A stretch of 64,000 nucleotides of DNA, from positions 1,116,434,001 through 1,116,498,000 of the forward strand of contig NW_027362761.1 in NCBI RefSeq assembly GCF_046119375.1, in the 5' to 3' direction. Below are positions 35,701-49,032 of the stretch, one piece after another. The position numbers were made by a program, and so were the translations under genes. The notes beneath the pieces were generated by a model. It saw only the letters and a program-made list of their open reading frames with translations, was not told the origin of the DNA and did not search any database. The stretch's first letter is position 1; each line of letters begins with the position of its first letter. The DNA is from Phyllobates terribilis. Lineage: Eukaryota.

Positions 35701-38700
35701 TCATAATCCAACTGAAGGGACAAACAGAAGGGTTTTTTACCGCACTCTGCAGTATTTCGGTGAATTGACACCCGGCTGCTGTAGAAAGTTCTGTAATTGT
35801 CCCATAAAACTATTTTGCATCACAGAAATTTCTGCAGCAAAATCTGCAGCGGAAGAATTCCTCCTAAGGCCTCATTCAGACGTTTGTGCTTCACATTTTA
35901 TCCGTATTTCTCCCACAGAGAACACAAACCCACAATGGTCTATGGGGCTGTTCACATGTCTGTATTTTTTGCGGATTAAAGGGGTTGCCCAAGGTAGTGC
36001 GCAGTCACTCTAATCCTCACAAAGCGCACAAAGACTGCTGTCAGGATTCTCTGGTGCTGGCCACATTCCAACTAGACTTATCCGGCCTCGCTCAATTCAC
36101 TTGTATTGAACGAGACTGCACACGTTTAGTTGGCACGTGACCATGAGTATGCAAATCGCGCCGATAGCGGAGAATCTTGACAGCTCGTACTGTGCGCGCT
36201 GTGAGGATTCACAAGTCTACAGTCCGAAACTGATTATGTGGGTGGGATAGATGGCAAGACATGTGTGACCTTATCCTAAGCCACTGTCTAATATTCTAAG
36301 CATGAAATTATTTTGATGGGTGGAAGGCAAGGGGGGGGGGGGGCACATTTTAGGTTTGTGATAATTTACTATTTAAAGGGGCACTCCCATCGCCAAGATA
36401 TGCAGTAGGTGTAATAATATTAGCAAATCCCTCCAATTAGAAATGTAGTGTAGTTTTCCTGATTCGCTATGTCTCTTTCCTCATGTGCAGGCATTGCAGG
36501 ACCTTAGGTATCCATGGTTACGATCACTGATATAGTGACAGCTAGTTGCTATTGGTATGAATGCAGCTCTGGACCATAATACTGCATTTAAACTTTAGAT
36601 AATTGTGTATGAGAGTTATTAATATCGCTCATTTCCTCTGATAAACAAGCAAAATGTGTGTGTATTGGGTAAAAAAAATCATGATTCTCTGCAGCACATC
36701 GTCCTGTGTAAAGAAGACTTGTGCTGCCGAGAACCGTGGCAGCCTATACGCACTAAACTATCAGTGCACACAGGGCATTAAAAGACCGCTGAACAGTAAA
36801 GATGGTCCGTCTGTGTAAACACTTATTCAGGATCCCTACAGAATTAGGATAGTCTATACAGAAGTGTAAAATGAGCAGTAAAGAAAGCGGCTGCCATGAT
36901 GCCCCCCCCTCGGCACAAGTCACTTCTTACCTGATAATCTAACATGCTGAAACCAGGAAAACACTGAACAATACGCGCCTCAAAGAAGTAGGGGAAGATC
37001 CAAAACATGGGCAGCTCTTTAGTAACAGCTGAAAAAAAGACACATTACTGCTTAGCAGCCTTATAACATGTCAAGCAGCCCTATAAACTATGGCCCTGAT
37101 TTATTACTATATTTGCACCTTTTTTACTTTTTTTTTTTTAATCTAGTTTTTGGTGTCTTTCGGTTGTTTTTCATTTGCAACATAGGCTTTAAAAAAATAA
37201 TAAAAATAATAAATAAACCGCAAATTAAAAGCCTATTTTATATGTGCTTACCTGTTTAGTTTGGTTCTTAAGGCCCCGTCACACTTAGCGACGCTGCAAC
37301 GATCCCGACAACGATACGACCTGTCAGGGATCGTTGCTGCGTCGCTATGTGGTCGCTGGTGAGCTGTCAAACAGGCAGGGTCACCAACGATCAGGGGAGC
37401 AGCGACATCGTGGAAAGAATCTTTCCATGATGTCCTGCTCCTGGTTACGAGCCTGCTGAAGCAGGAGCAGGCTGGTAACCATGATAAACAGCGGGTTACT
37501 AGGGGCACACGCGCACTTAGTAACCCGCTGTTTATCATGGCTACCACTCTGCTACAGTGAGCGGGAGGTTACCGCTCACTTTAGCAGGCTCGTAACCATG
37601 ATAAACAGCGGGTTACTAGGTGCGCGTGTGCCCCTAGTAACCCGATGTTTACCATAGTTACCAGCCTGATCGCTGCTCCCGCTGGTCACACACAGCGATG
37701 TGTGCTGACCAGCGGGAGAGCAACAACCAAAAAATGGTCCAGGACGTTCTGCAGCGATCAGCGACCTCACAGCAGGGGCCTGATCGTTGCAAAGTGTCAC
37801 ACATAGCCACATCGCTGGTGAGGTCGCTGTTGCGTCACCAAAACCGTGACACAGCAGCGATCTCGCTATGTGAGACGGGGGCTTTAGAATGCTCTCCATC
37901 ATGGGGTTTCCACATGATTGCGGCTGATTCATCAATTGTGATTTTTTTTTTTTTTTAAAGTTGCGACATTTTTGTGCAAATGTCCATCTCCGTTCCACCC
38001 ACTTTCCCAGGAGCGATTTTATGTACGCCTGGAATTTTTGCACATCATTTTAGCAGATTGGGTGACTCTATGAGCTAAAATGTCACATAAAAGGTTAAAA
38101 ACCAAACATAAAAGAGCATTACTGATTGTGTGCCAAATTACTTGGCGCTAAAAACGTCAGCAAATATCCAGCACTGGGGATGGGAGGAATAGTGGCAGCG
38201 TGTAGGGATTGGCAGTGTCACCAGTCACATGGAAAACTGTTTAGCGAGTAAATCCTTTAGTGAAATAAGTATTTCAATTACTAAGATTTTTAACCTAAGT
38301 ATTTTTTGGTGCAAAAACAGGCTTACATAATCAGAGAAAAATCTAACTTTTTCAAATTCATAATCTCACACCTTCAAAGCATGAAATAGAATCAAGTCTG
38401 GCTATGTCACCTACTCCAATAGCACTGCGGTACGGGGGAGTGGGGTGGGGGTCTATACTCCCCCATAAAGAAACACACAAGCTAATTTATAGCATTGACT
38501 GAGCGCTAAAGACAGACATAGTGTGCCCTCTAGTGGACAAAGGTGTGCATTGCATGAATATCTATCAAGAGTAAAGCTGGCCATACACAGTCTAATTTTG
38601 CCTGAATCTGTCAATGTGTCCGGCCGACTGTCTAATGTGTATGGGGGCACTGGCCGACTGATCATAGGGAGAGATGTCGATCAGGCATGTCCAATTTTGG

Positions 38701-41700
38701 ACAGCCAACTGCATTGTTCCCAATGCAAATTTGTTATTGGTCTTTGCATTTTTTTTTTTTTATCTCACACTGTTTACGGTGTAGTAAAATATCAAGTTAA
38801 TTTGACTGTATAGGGATACCATGAACGTGTATATATGTATGTGAAATATATATATGTTTTTTTTTTGTTTTTTTTTTAACTTTTGCACAAAAATGGAAAA
38901 AAGGGATATTTGTATCGCTCTATCCCAAAGACCATAACAATTTACATTCCTCCGATCTAGGTCTAGGAAGGCTTGCTTTTTAATTGTATGAGTTATGGTT
39001 CTCTTGGTGCCACGTTACAGTATATGTAATTTAATGACCAACTCTTAAAATAATTTTGGCAGGTGATGAAAAAAAACAAATGATTTGAACACTTGGATAT
39101 CACTTTGGAATACTCAGTATTCCAAAATATTCACGGTGTTCCAAACACTCAGTGTTCAAAAGCATTATGGCCCATTAGTACAGTGACAGTCAACCTGTTA
39201 GGCTCTTCCTCTGGAACAGTATACTGATGGCAAACCTGCGAGTCATTGTTAGTAGATAATGGCCACCCTGTGATTGTATCGCAGGGGTCTGAGAGCGGGA
39301 GAAGACTCACTATGTAACCCCTGAGCACCCTGAGATTGTGTTGTGGGGGAACAATGGGCTGACAGAGGAACCCTCTTCCCTCTGCTAAACACTTGAAATA
39401 CTGCATTCGCTATTAACTGCTGCACTTAAAGGGTTAAACTTCCTGCATCGGACATATCTTTAGTGGTTATGGAGAAGGGCTCACTTTTCGCATCATTAGA
39501 TGCAATGGAAATGAAACATTACATGACGTAAAAAACATACAGGCTGTCAGTGAAATGCACAGACACGACAGGTCCTGCTCTTTGTTGAAGTAGGGGGGAT
39601 CTAAGGAAACCCCTTTATAATAGGCCATAGTGATACCCGGTCACTGTAAACGTGCAGATCATAGGGTAATAGGCACAGAAACATATGCCATGCATGGCCT
39701 GACTCTCACCTATGTCTGGTGCCGACCTCCGCATGTCGCTAATTCTTTTAAAGCTGAAAGCTAAAGGTTCCACTAAACCTCCAAATGGAGGATCCGTCAC
39801 CATGATGACCCCTCGTCCGTCATCTTCTTGTAGAAACGTCTGGCAGATGTTCTCTGCGGCCTGAAATACAATAAGGAAATATACGAGCAGTGACCCCATA
39901 GCATTTATTATTACAGATCAGCGGTTTGCAGCATTTTCCTAATATACTTGGCTTGTTTTGCTCCGATTCCTAATACCGAGCACCAGTCACACACATAAGA
40001 AGAAATGAAATGCAAGACAGATTGCCTGAAAAAAAAATGAAAGCTTTATTAAGGCCTAATTCATGCGCCCATTTTTTTCTTGCTTATAAGAAAAAGTGGA
40101 CCGGTTTTTCTCATTGTGCTGGTTCTGATATTTATTCATTTTTGGTTCACGTGTCAATTTTTTTTCAAGGTTTTTAGCATATGAGGTTTTAAAGAGCAAA
40201 AGAATTTGCTCGTTATTTAATACATTTTTTTCATGATACATGCGGTGCAAATTCTTGTTTGCTAATATTAAGGGATATTAGTGGGAAAATAAAAGTCTGC
40301 TTTACACATTTGTTTTTACAGTCGTAAAGGACCTCTGAAATACATTTAAAATGTGTTCCCATTTCCGCATATGAGGCCCAGTTATAGTGGAAATTCAGGT
40401 TCCTGCCTGCAAAGCAAAGCGGTCTGCGTCTCCAGGATGCATCAGCCACTGCATCCTCCATACACTCAGCGATGACATGACTGCTGGGTCCGGAGGAGAA
40501 AGTGCCATTAGCGCTTCCAATTACTACATACACAGCGCTTGAGATGAGTGAAGGCAGGGACAATAGGTAGGGAAGGCAGAGACGATAAGAAACCACCTCT
40601 GCCTTCTCTATGGAAAATCTGGCTCCCTAAACTGCACGATTGCATACAGCTGCACTACTATGTAGTGGCATTTTATAACGTCATTGCAGTGTAGAACGCC
40701 ATCCAGACCCCGCCCGCAAAAAACACGGGACATGTGAACAGCCCTGTAGACAATGATGGGCATGCCTTCTACCGCTGAAAATCAGACACCGAACCTATAT
40801 GTGAAACACAGCTGTATGAATGAGATAAAATACAAAACATTACCTCTCCGCCAAAAAAATGATGATTAAACATGTTGTAATGACAAAATTCATTCTTCCC
40901 ATAAAACTGAGAATACCTGAAATAAGAAAAAAAAAGTAAATTACCTTATTATAATAAACACAGGGTCAGCACCAATCACTTCCATGTACAGTAGGTGTCT
41001 GGTTTTAAAGTGGACCTGATTTTTCAAGTAAATTCTCCTAAACGGATTCACAAGCGTGCTATAACTGTAGAAAAAAAAGACATGGACCGCACATCCAATA
41101 AGTATAAATTGATGTATTGCGTCTATATTCACCAACATGGGGATTCGTCTCACAAGTACATCCCAAATGAGCAATGAATCAGTGAGACTCAAATCATGCA
41201 AAAATGTCCTCCCTTCATCAAGTAGTGCAACTTGGAAGTAGAGATGAGCGAATCGATTTGTGAGACTCCAGTCCAGCATCTAGGTAAGTGGTACCTGGTT
41301 GGTAGACAGGTGAATCTTTTACGTTCCAGCATGGCATCTGATTTGTCAGGGAGGCGCAAAGTCATCTGTGCAATGTCAGCCCTGGCTAATCAAAGCAGTG
41401 CCAGGGTCGCCAAAAGGTAAGAGATTCGTGGGACTCCCATCCAGGTACCACTGATCTAGACGCTGAACTGGAGACCCGCTCATCTCTACTTGATACTGAC
41501 TATTGCTACTTATCATAAATGTAATAAGATGTCGTGTGTATTCTGCAGACAAGCTAAAGGAAGAGGACAGAGCTGTTTATAAAGAAGAGGACACAGCTGC
41601 TTGTAAAGGGTTAATCTGAGTCTGCTACTATATACTGTACAGATTCAGCAGAAGTCAAACCTCCCAGAGTACGCTGTAGGATTTACCACTGCTGCTGCAG

Positions 41701-44700
41701 CAGCTCCATAATATACGGGGCTCAGTCTGATATTACCACTTATATAACTACATTCAGCATGAAGTAAAGAGACTCTCCTGTGCTGATGACATGATTCACT
41801 CTCCCAGGCTCCGGCCACTCAATGGTATCTCCCAGCTTAGAAACAGAAACCCTCACACAGCCGTCAAATAGTGAGACTCCTGACTTCAGCCGCCCCTTAA
41901 AAGGTCATTTCTTTTATCACTAAATTAGTGAGGAAATGTATTAATTTTCCTAATTACATATAATTGAGAAAGTTTTATATTTTGTCGTCTTTTACTATAA
42001 AAGAGATTCCCAATAGGTGATAGGTCCTCTTTAAAACCCCCATGCACAAAATAAAAGTTGGCCAAAAAATGCAATTTTGGCATGATTGGCCAACCATTTA
42101 TAGTGTTTGGGGGGTCAACCAACACCCCCCTGACAGATGAGTAGGCAGAATATTGTGTGAGTGTTGCACTAGCCTCAGTCTTCCATGTCAGTCTTTAATG
42201 AATGGACAGCTGATCCATCTATGCTCATTTTCATATGTGTCCCACTGATCCACTGCCCTACAGCTAATAAATGGTGGTACTATTAACCCCTTAATGACTG
42301 GGCCAATTTCGACTTTCATGACCAGCCCAAATTTTTGAACTCTGACCAGTGTCCCTTTATGTTCTAATAACTTAAAAACGTTTCATTGTACCCCAGTGAT
42401 CCTGAAACAGTTTTTTCGTGATACATTGTACTTTATGTTAGTGGTAAATTTAGGTCGGTATGATTGGCGTTTATTTGTGATAATATCGGAATTTTGGAAA
42501 AAATTTTGAAAAATTCGCAATTCTCAAACTTTCAATCATTATATCCTTAAACCAGTTAGTCACGCTGTACAAAATAATTAATAAATAACATTTCCCATAG
42601 GTCTCCATTACATCTGCATCATTTTTCAAACGTAATTTTATTTTGTTATGATGTTAGAAGGGTAAAAAGGTGTAACAGTAATTTCTCATTTTTTCAACAA
42701 ATTTACAAAACTTGTTTCTTTAGGGACCTATTCAGATTTAAATGCACTTTGAGAGGCCTATATATTGGAAACTCCCCAAAAGTGATAACATTTTAAAAAC
42801 CGCATCCCTCAAATACTTCAAAACTGTTGTCAGGAAGTTTTTTTTAACCCTTCAGGTGCTCAACACAAGAATTAATGCAAAGTCTAATGAAGAAAAAAAT
42901 AAATTTTAATTTTTCCTCAAAAATGTTGCTTTAGCCCCAATTTTTTTCTTTTACAAGGGATAATATAACAAAATGGACCACAAAATGTGTTACCAGTTTC
43001 TTCTGAGTGCACTGATACCCCACATGGGGTCAGAAACCTCTGTTTGGACAAAGAGCTCGGAAGGGAAGGAGCAATATTTGAATTTTGGAACATAAATTTG
43101 GCTGAAATAGATTGCGGGTGCCAAGTTGCATTTGCAGGGCCCCTAAGGTGCCTAAACAGCAGAAACACCCCACAAGTGACCCCATTCTAGAAACTACACC
43201 CCTCAAGGATTTTATCTAGGGGTATAGTGAGTATTTTGAACTCACAGGTACTACACAGAATTTGATAACATTAGGTCATTATATTGAAAAGTTCATTTTT
43301 TTCATGAAAATGTTGCTTTAGCTCCAAATTTTTAACTTTTACAAGATGTAAAGTTAAAAAGTGGACCACTCGGTTCGTTACTCACTTTCTTCTGAGTGCG
43401 GCGATACCGCACATGTGGTCAAAAAGTTCTGTTTGGACGCACGGCATGACTCGGAAGGGAAGAAGCGACATTTAGTATTTGGAATGTAAATTTGACTGGA
43501 ATAGATTGTAGACACCATGTCTAATTTGCAGAGCCTCTGAGGTACCAAAACAGCAGAACCACCCCATCTCCCCGAGTGACCCCATTCTGGAAGCTAGACC
43601 CTTCAAGGAATTCATCTAGGTGGGTGTTGAGCATGTTGCATCACAGATGCTTCACAGACCTTTTTAAAATGTGGATGTGAAAATAAAAATTATGTTTTTC
43701 CTACTAAAATGTTGTTTTAGCCCCAAATTTGTAATTTTCACAATAGATAATAGGTGAAAACGGACCCCAAAATTTGTTATGCAAAAAGCAATGATGCCCC
43801 ATATGTGGTTAAAAACTTCTGTTTGGGCGCATGGCAGGGCTAGGGAAGGAAAGAGCCATTTGTCTGGAATAATTGTGAACGTCATGTCGTGCTTGCAGAG
43901 CCCCTAACATGCGAAAACAGCAGAACCCCCCCACAAGTGACCCCATTTTGGAAACTAGACCCCTCAGGGAATTCATCTATTGGTGTACTAACCATTTTTA
44001 ACCTACAGGTGATTCACAAAACTTTTTAACATTTATATATGAAATCAAAAAATGACCGTATTTTGCGGACTATAAGTCACACACCAAATTTTGGGGAGGA
44101 AAATAGGAAAAGCATTTTTTTTTAATAAAATGGTGGTTCATCATATAGTCCGATTTTATGGTAGCTTACCGGGAGAGGGTGGCCGCGGTGTAGCGGGGTC
44201 ACAGGGGGCAGGGTCGCTGCTGCAGGAAGCTGGTGGCAGCAGGAGTGGGGCTTTCAGAAAATGTCAGCGGAGTCCCCGCACTTGCCATTGTTTTCACTGC
44301 GGTGAACCTCGGGAAAATGGCTGCTGAAAGCGGTGCATGTGCAGATTGAGATCTCAGGAGGCGAGATCTCAATTTTTTTCTATCCATGACTTTTTGATTG
44401 CTTTTTATTAATTTTTTTGTGTGTCAGCATGATGAAAAATTTACATTTTTGGTGTTTTTATTAATTTTTTTTATGGTATTCGTCATTCGGAATAAATAAC
44501 ATGAGTTTTATAGATCGGGTGACAATGCCAATTATGTGTACTTTATTTTGTTTATCTCTGTTTTATCACAAATGCCGAATTTTTAGTGGGGCAATGGATT
44601 TTCCTGATGTGTGCGCGCTTTTTTTTTGGATATTTTTTACTCTATTACATATTTTAATGTGACACCTGGCTTATAGCTGGATCTCATAGGCCACCGTACC

Positions 44701-47700
44701 CTGGGGTCATCAGATGACCTCAGAGTACCATGGCAACAATCGTCATAGGGAGTCTTTTAACCCCCTTTTACCACCTTGATACCGCAGTCATGATTGACAG
44801 TTGTATTTAAGGGGTTAATTGGCCCCAATCAGTTTCAAAACTGGCCAGGACTGATATCGCAGGGAGTCAGCTGTCTTGTACAGCTGTCACCTGCGGGGCG
44901 GCGCTATACACTTATTCCTCAGTGCCGTTAAAAAGCAGCACTGAGGAACAAGGCCCCTTAGCCACCATTAAAGGGCGTGTCGGCGGTCGTTAAGGGGTTA
45001 ATCTATGGCTACATAGAAGAGGGCATGAGCATTCTCCTTACCTGAAGTCAATATCTAACAAGACACTCTTCACCTTTGGTCTTGAGTCTTCCAAGGACTT
45101 TAATCTTATCCACTCGTGTAATCTGAAATATAATATATTTGTATGTATGTGTGTGTATATATTTGTCCACCTTTGGGGACAAGTTATTTTACTTAATTGA
45201 ATGTATTTGCGGCTAAAGATCATTTTTGCAATTGGGTTTCAAGAAAAAATTTCCACCGTTTGGCCTTTACAGACTTATTTCCACTGCTCTTTCAACTTTG
45301 ATGTAGTCTCTGTCCATAAATCAGCTGCGAGGAGCTCAGAAAAAGACATATAGTTACAAACTCTACCCCATCAATGAATGAGCTCCCTGATGGACTTTCA
45401 GTTAACTCATTCTGAGGCTATCAAAGGCAAATGGTGCAAAATTTTAATGAAACCCAATTGCAAAAATGTTAAGTAAAATAAGTAAAAAAAAAAGCCCCCC
45501 CAAATGGTGAATGACCCCTTGTATTATCTGACATACCTGGGAGTTCCCACGCACAGTACTCGGGTATAGCCCAGGCTGGTGATGGTGTCCAGGATAAATG
45601 TGCAGCTTCTATCTGTGAACAGGTACTGGGCATTGCTTTTCTTGTTCTCCAGCGGATGCAGCAGCTGACTGGGCGTCTTCATATGCGAAACGGAGACATC
45701 GCCAAGAAGATGATGCCCCCGGTGCTGCTGCCAGTCACTCTCCAATAACAGCTGCTGGCACTCCCTGCAAAACTTCCTTTTTGCTAATGGGAGTGCAATG
45801 AACTCTAGAAACCTGCAGTGGATAGGATGGAATATATCAAATAGCGCAAAGCCATCATTCAAGAAGATTCCAGACATCTCAACAACTGGAAACATCAACT
45901 GTCCAACAACAGAAGAATCCAGTTAAGTGACAAGTAGGAACATTCCTCCATATCGCCATCCAGCCTCAGCGCCATAAGGTACCTGGCCGTGTACTGTCCA
46001 TGGGTCATAGGGGGCTGACAGCTGCGGTTATACTCCTCTCTTGCTTGAAGTCTGGCTTCCGAGACCTGCCAACATCGTCATAAGACGCCGTGTTATTAAA
46101 GCCGTGCTAATGCTGCATTTATATCTAAAGAGTCTACGTAAATGATCACCATCGATCCCTCTTTGTTCATCGAGCCCAAGAAGAAGCTCTTGGCTGCTGC
46201 GAAACAGCTGTTGCCTACTTGTATCCATGTGCTCCATGTTGTTTTTAAACCATATGCAATAATGGTTTATATTTTACAAAAAGGTGAGGTGAGTGCTGCG
46301 ATATTTTTGCCTTTTGGAGAGTGTGACTGATTGCAAGAGTCAATTAGCAGCCACTGACTGTCTGCAGCGGTCATGTTCTGTCCAAGGCGGAAGCAAGAGC
46401 TCAGACAGAACATCTCTGCTCCAGCGAATCCATGGACCATGATTGGGTGCAGCAATAACATGATGTCTGCTGCCATGGGATGGGGACACGGGCATCTCTG
46501 CGGAGGAATAGTGGGGGTCTGCTTGGTGGGTTGTCTTGGGCTTAAAGGGAACCTGTCATCTGAAACATGCTGCCAAAACCGCGAGTAGCAGAAGCCAGAG
46601 CCTGGCTGCACTATTGTAGCCAGCTATATATTCCTCTGAATCTTTCAATTTCAGACAAAATATACTTTAAAGATCCGGCCAGAAATTAGATTAGTCCAGC
46701 ACTGCCCCCTGCTGGCTCTTCCCAGCGCTGCTCCAGGTGATTCACAGGTCTCTCCCTTGTATGCACAGGATAGGCTAGTCTCCAGAGAGAACTTTAAAGT
46801 ATATTTTCTCTCAAACGCCGCAGCTATTCAGAATAAGATATAGCTCAAGCGTGCAGCCAGGCTGAGGGTCATGCTGCCTGCAGTTTGTGCATTAACACAA
46901 TAGATTTTTATCGGCCGAAGCCAATCGGACCATCAAAAAAAACTGGATGTGTATGGAGGCCACACAACTCTCCAACGATGGCAGATTTAGATGGGTTTGC
47001 AACTGTCTGATCTTTTTATTCACCAGCTAGAATACTGGTAGATTTCAGCTCTGAAGCATGCAGAATTATAAATGTATAAGTGTGTGCACTCACGTTAGGA
47101 ACAAGAGAAGTTATTGACGATTTAAGAAAGCTACTCATCTTTTTAAGATTAATTACAAATTATTAATAAATAAAAGCATTTCTCAGCCATGACGCCGCTG
47201 CCCAGGGGTCCCGCGTGTGACGCCGCTGCCCAGGGGTCCCGCGTGTGACGCCGCAGCCCAGGGGTCCCGCGTGTGACGCCGCTGCCCAGGGGTCCCGCGT
47301 GTGACGCCGCTGCCCAGGGGTCCCGCGTGTGACGCCGCTGCCCAGGGGTCCCGCGTGTGACGCCGCTGCCCAGGGGTCCCGCGTGTGACGCCGCTGCCCA
47401 GGGGTCCCGCGTGTGACGCCGCTGCCCAGGGGTCCCGCGTGTGACGCCGCTGCCCAGGGGTCCCGCGTGTGACGCCGCTGCCCAGGGGTCCCGCGTGTGA
47501 CGCCATTGCCATCAGCTGATTGCCAGCAGTCCAAGCCCTAGAACCCGCTCGATAAAACTAGCAGTGCCAGGGAAAGTGTCCCATGTCCATACCTTCCCCA
47601 GTAATGGTGGGAGCAGAAGTCATGTAGTATTATATAACCAATCAATGGTAATACAAGTGTGAACTGGTCATTCTTAGCATCTCGTGTCTATGATTAACAG

Positions 47701-49032
47701 AGAGGGTCCTAAGCAGAAGATCACCCGCTATAACATCCATGTGCCATCATTTAATATATAGAGACATTTACCTTTTCATCCTCCCACTGGAAGAAGCGAC
47801 AATCCTTCCTGTCCCGGCAGGCTGAGCAGGCATAAAATCGTCTCCCCTGCTCCTTCCCTTGAGACATTTTTACAAATAATAGTGTCGGACCTGCAGGCAA
47901 ACGAGAATACAGCGGGATAATGGCATCATGTGACATGCAGAATCTTCCCCATCTCTAAAGGGGTCGTCCACCTTTGGTGACTTTTGTTTTTCTTTTTACT
48001 TTCATTTTTTGCACTTACAGGTTATTTCTTCCCCTGAACATTTAAGTTTGATGTGGTCTGTGATCATAAATCAGCAGAGAAAGTGCCCAGCAAAAAAAAA
48101 AAAAAAAAAAGCATTAGGAACTCCCCATCAAGACCGTCACAATGAGCTCACTCATGGATTCTCAGTTAACTCATTCTGCAGCCAGAAATAATACAGGGCA
48201 ACTCAGGGGATATAGAAGGCAAACGGTGCAAAATTTTATATTGAAACAAAATTGCAAAAATAATTTTAGCACTTTCAATGTAATGACCCTTGATATATAT
48301 ATAAGTGATTTAAAGTCCCACTGCATGGCCCTGGGATGATACATTGCCATAAAGCATAAGGTCCTCAGTACAGAACGGAATCACCTTGACTTGTTCCAGC
48401 TGATTATTTACATATAAATATTATTTTAGCCCAAAATACAATTAAGAAAAACAAATTGTCACCAATCGTGGAGACCCCCTTTAATCCTATTATTGAAGCA
48501 TCTATGCAGGGTCCCCCGACACCAGTCACTCCCACATCAGCCCAATAGCTGCAGATGGAGCAGGACACGGCAGGCGTGCGAGGCCATAATGTCACCGGCA
48601 CTGCTCACCCCTTTAAGCGGTGCAGGAGGTGGCAGGACCCCTTTAATGTTTTCCCAGACACCATAGCAGCAATATTAGCCCCTAATGGCTGACTTCTCAC
48701 CAGGGGGCACCACTGCCATAAGGAGACCCCTGAGACCACAGCGCACTATACATAAGGGGAGGCGGTCACTGACCCCATTTATTGCACAGTGGATGAAGAG
48801 CTATTGCTCTGTGTTATCAGCCTCTGCCCCTGTGACCCTCTGTGCACATTCCTGCACTGTATCCTGGAATCTGGGCGCTCATGCTGTGCTGCTCCTGGTG
48901 GGGTCACACACATCTATGCTACATACAGGGCAGATGATTCCTGCTCTCACCATGTGGGCAGTGGGGGGCGCTCTTTGCGCTCAGAAGCACCTGGATGCCC
49001 TCAGCCTGCACGGCTTCCCCTGCCTCGTCCAT
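23659..49032 (-). CDS. ZCCHC4: ZCCHC4, rRNA N6-adenosine methyltransferase; complete 13-exon CDS, 490 aa
   Basis: Exons (minus strand): 49032-48951, 47890-47772, 46065-45983, 45812-45537, 45122-45042, 40916-40844, 39860-39710, 37028-36931, 35711-35590, 33198-33123, 31721-31670, 26907-26763, 23773-23659. Total 1473 nt; all introns GT-AG; phases join without frameshift. Carries the GRF-type Zn finger, catalytic DPPF motif, Cys-rich region, CCHC knuckle and Lys-rich tail of vertebrate ZCCHC4. Confidence 0.97.
24962..26352 (+). mobile_element. L2-clade LINE 3' fragment split by a MITE (ZCCHC4 intron 12)
   Basis: [32 protein letters not shown]; the tail tgtaaagtgctgcggaatac..(ATT)n resumes after 26253. 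Confidence 0.7.
25372..26253. mobile_element. PIF/Harbinger-type MITE in ZCCHC4 intron 12
   Basis: GGCTATGTGCCCACG ... CGTGGGCACTTAGCC|TAA; same family as 13688 and 57188. Confidence 0.85.
26401..26740. mobile_element. T2/Kolobok-type MITE next to the exon 12 donor
   Basis: ttgaagggattgtccaggtttggca ... tgccaaacctgaacaaccccttta inverted termini. Confidence 0.6.
26763..26907 (-). CDS. ZCCHC4: ZCCHC4 exon 12 (CCHC zinc knuckle)
   Basis: 145 nt; [48 protein letters not shown]. Confidence 0.96.
28352..29998. repeat. 29/28-bp minisatellite, about 57 copies, ZCCHC4 intron 11
   Basis: Unit GTCCAAACCGCCTGGCTACAGAGCC followed by AAGC, AAGG or GGC. Confidence 0.95.
30958..31128. repeat. 16/17-bp tandem array (about 10 copies) between 25-bp inverted arms
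   Basis: Unit TAAGGTG(T)CCCCATGAW; arms at 30930-30954 and 31195-31219. Confidence 0.9.
31670..31721 (-). CDS. ZCCHC4: ZCCHC4 exon 11
   Basis: 52 nt, tag|GAT...CCAT|gtaagt; [18 protein letters not shown]. Confidence 0.94.
33123..33198 (-). CDS. ZCCHC4: ZCCHC4 exon 10
   Basis: 76 nt; [25 protein letters not shown]. Confidence 0.95.
33314..33960 (-). mobile_element. Non-autonomous Helitron (ZCCHC4 intron 9)
   Basis: Minus strand A|TCTACTATATAAT 5' end; 3' hairpin CCCGATGCATTCGAATCGGG then CTAG|T. Confidence 0.8.
34048..34611 (-). mobile_element. CR1 LINE 3' fragment
   Basis: [17 protein letters not shown]...[11 protein letters not shown]...WNRLP and an ATTCTATG-type 3' tail. Confidence 0.9.
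35590..35711 (-). CDS. ZCCHC4: ZCCHC4 exon 9
   Basis: 122 nt; [41 protein letters not shown]. Confidence 0.97.
36931..37028 (-). CDS. ZCCHC4: ZCCHC4 exon 8
   Basis: 98 nt; [33 protein letters not shown]. Confidence 0.95.
37272..37883. mobile_element. PIF/Harbinger-type MITE with two internal hairpins
   Basis: TAA|GGCCCCGTCACAC ... GTGAGACGGGGGCT|TTA. Confidence 0.7.
39710..39860 (-). CDS. ZCCHC4: ZCCHC4 exon 7 (catalytic DPPF)
   Basis: 151 nt; [50 protein letters not shown]. Confidence 0.97.
40844..40916 (-). CDS. ZCCHC4: ZCCHC4 exon 6
   Basis: 73 nt; [24 protein letters not shown]. Confidence 0.95.
41239..41488. mobile_element. hAT-like MITE
   Basis: TAGAGATGAGCG ... CGCTCATCTCTA; 8-bp flanks cttggaag/cttgatac partly match. 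Confidence 0.65.
42287..44997. mobile_element. piggyBac-type non-autonomous element (ZCCHC4 intron 5)
   Basis: TTAA|CCCCTTAATGAC ... GTCGTTAAGGGG|TTAA; matching TTAA TSD; internal repeats of aagtgaccccatt.tggaaacta.accc. Confidence 0.85.
45042..45122 (-). CDS. ZCCHC4: ZCCHC4 exon 5
   Basis: 81 nt; [27 protein letters not shown]. Confidence 0.95.
45537..45812 (-). CDS. ZCCHC4: ZCCHC4 exon 4
   Basis: 276 nt; [23 protein letters not shown]...[16 protein letters not shown]...RVLCVGTPR. Confidence 0.97.
45983..46065 (-). CDS. ZCCHC4: ZCCHC4 exon 3
   Basis: 83 nt, AG/GT bounded; [28 protein letters not shown] (not in the ORF track). Confidence 0.93.
47191..47504. repeat. 28-bp GC-rich minisatellite, about 11 copies, ZCCHC4 intron 2
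   Basis: Unit GACGCCGCTGCCCAGGGGTCCCGCGTGT, almost invariant. Confidence 0.95.
47772..47890 (-). CDS. ZCCHC4: ZCCHC4 exon 2
   Basis: cag|GT...AAG|gtaaat, 119 nt; [40 protein letters not shown]. Confidence 0.97.
48951..49032 (-). CDS. ZCCHC4: ZCCHC4 exon 1 (coding part)
   Basis: ATG at 49032; [27 protein letters not shown](G); donor G|gtgaga; resembles human ...PAPLCPHG. Confidence 0.88.
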
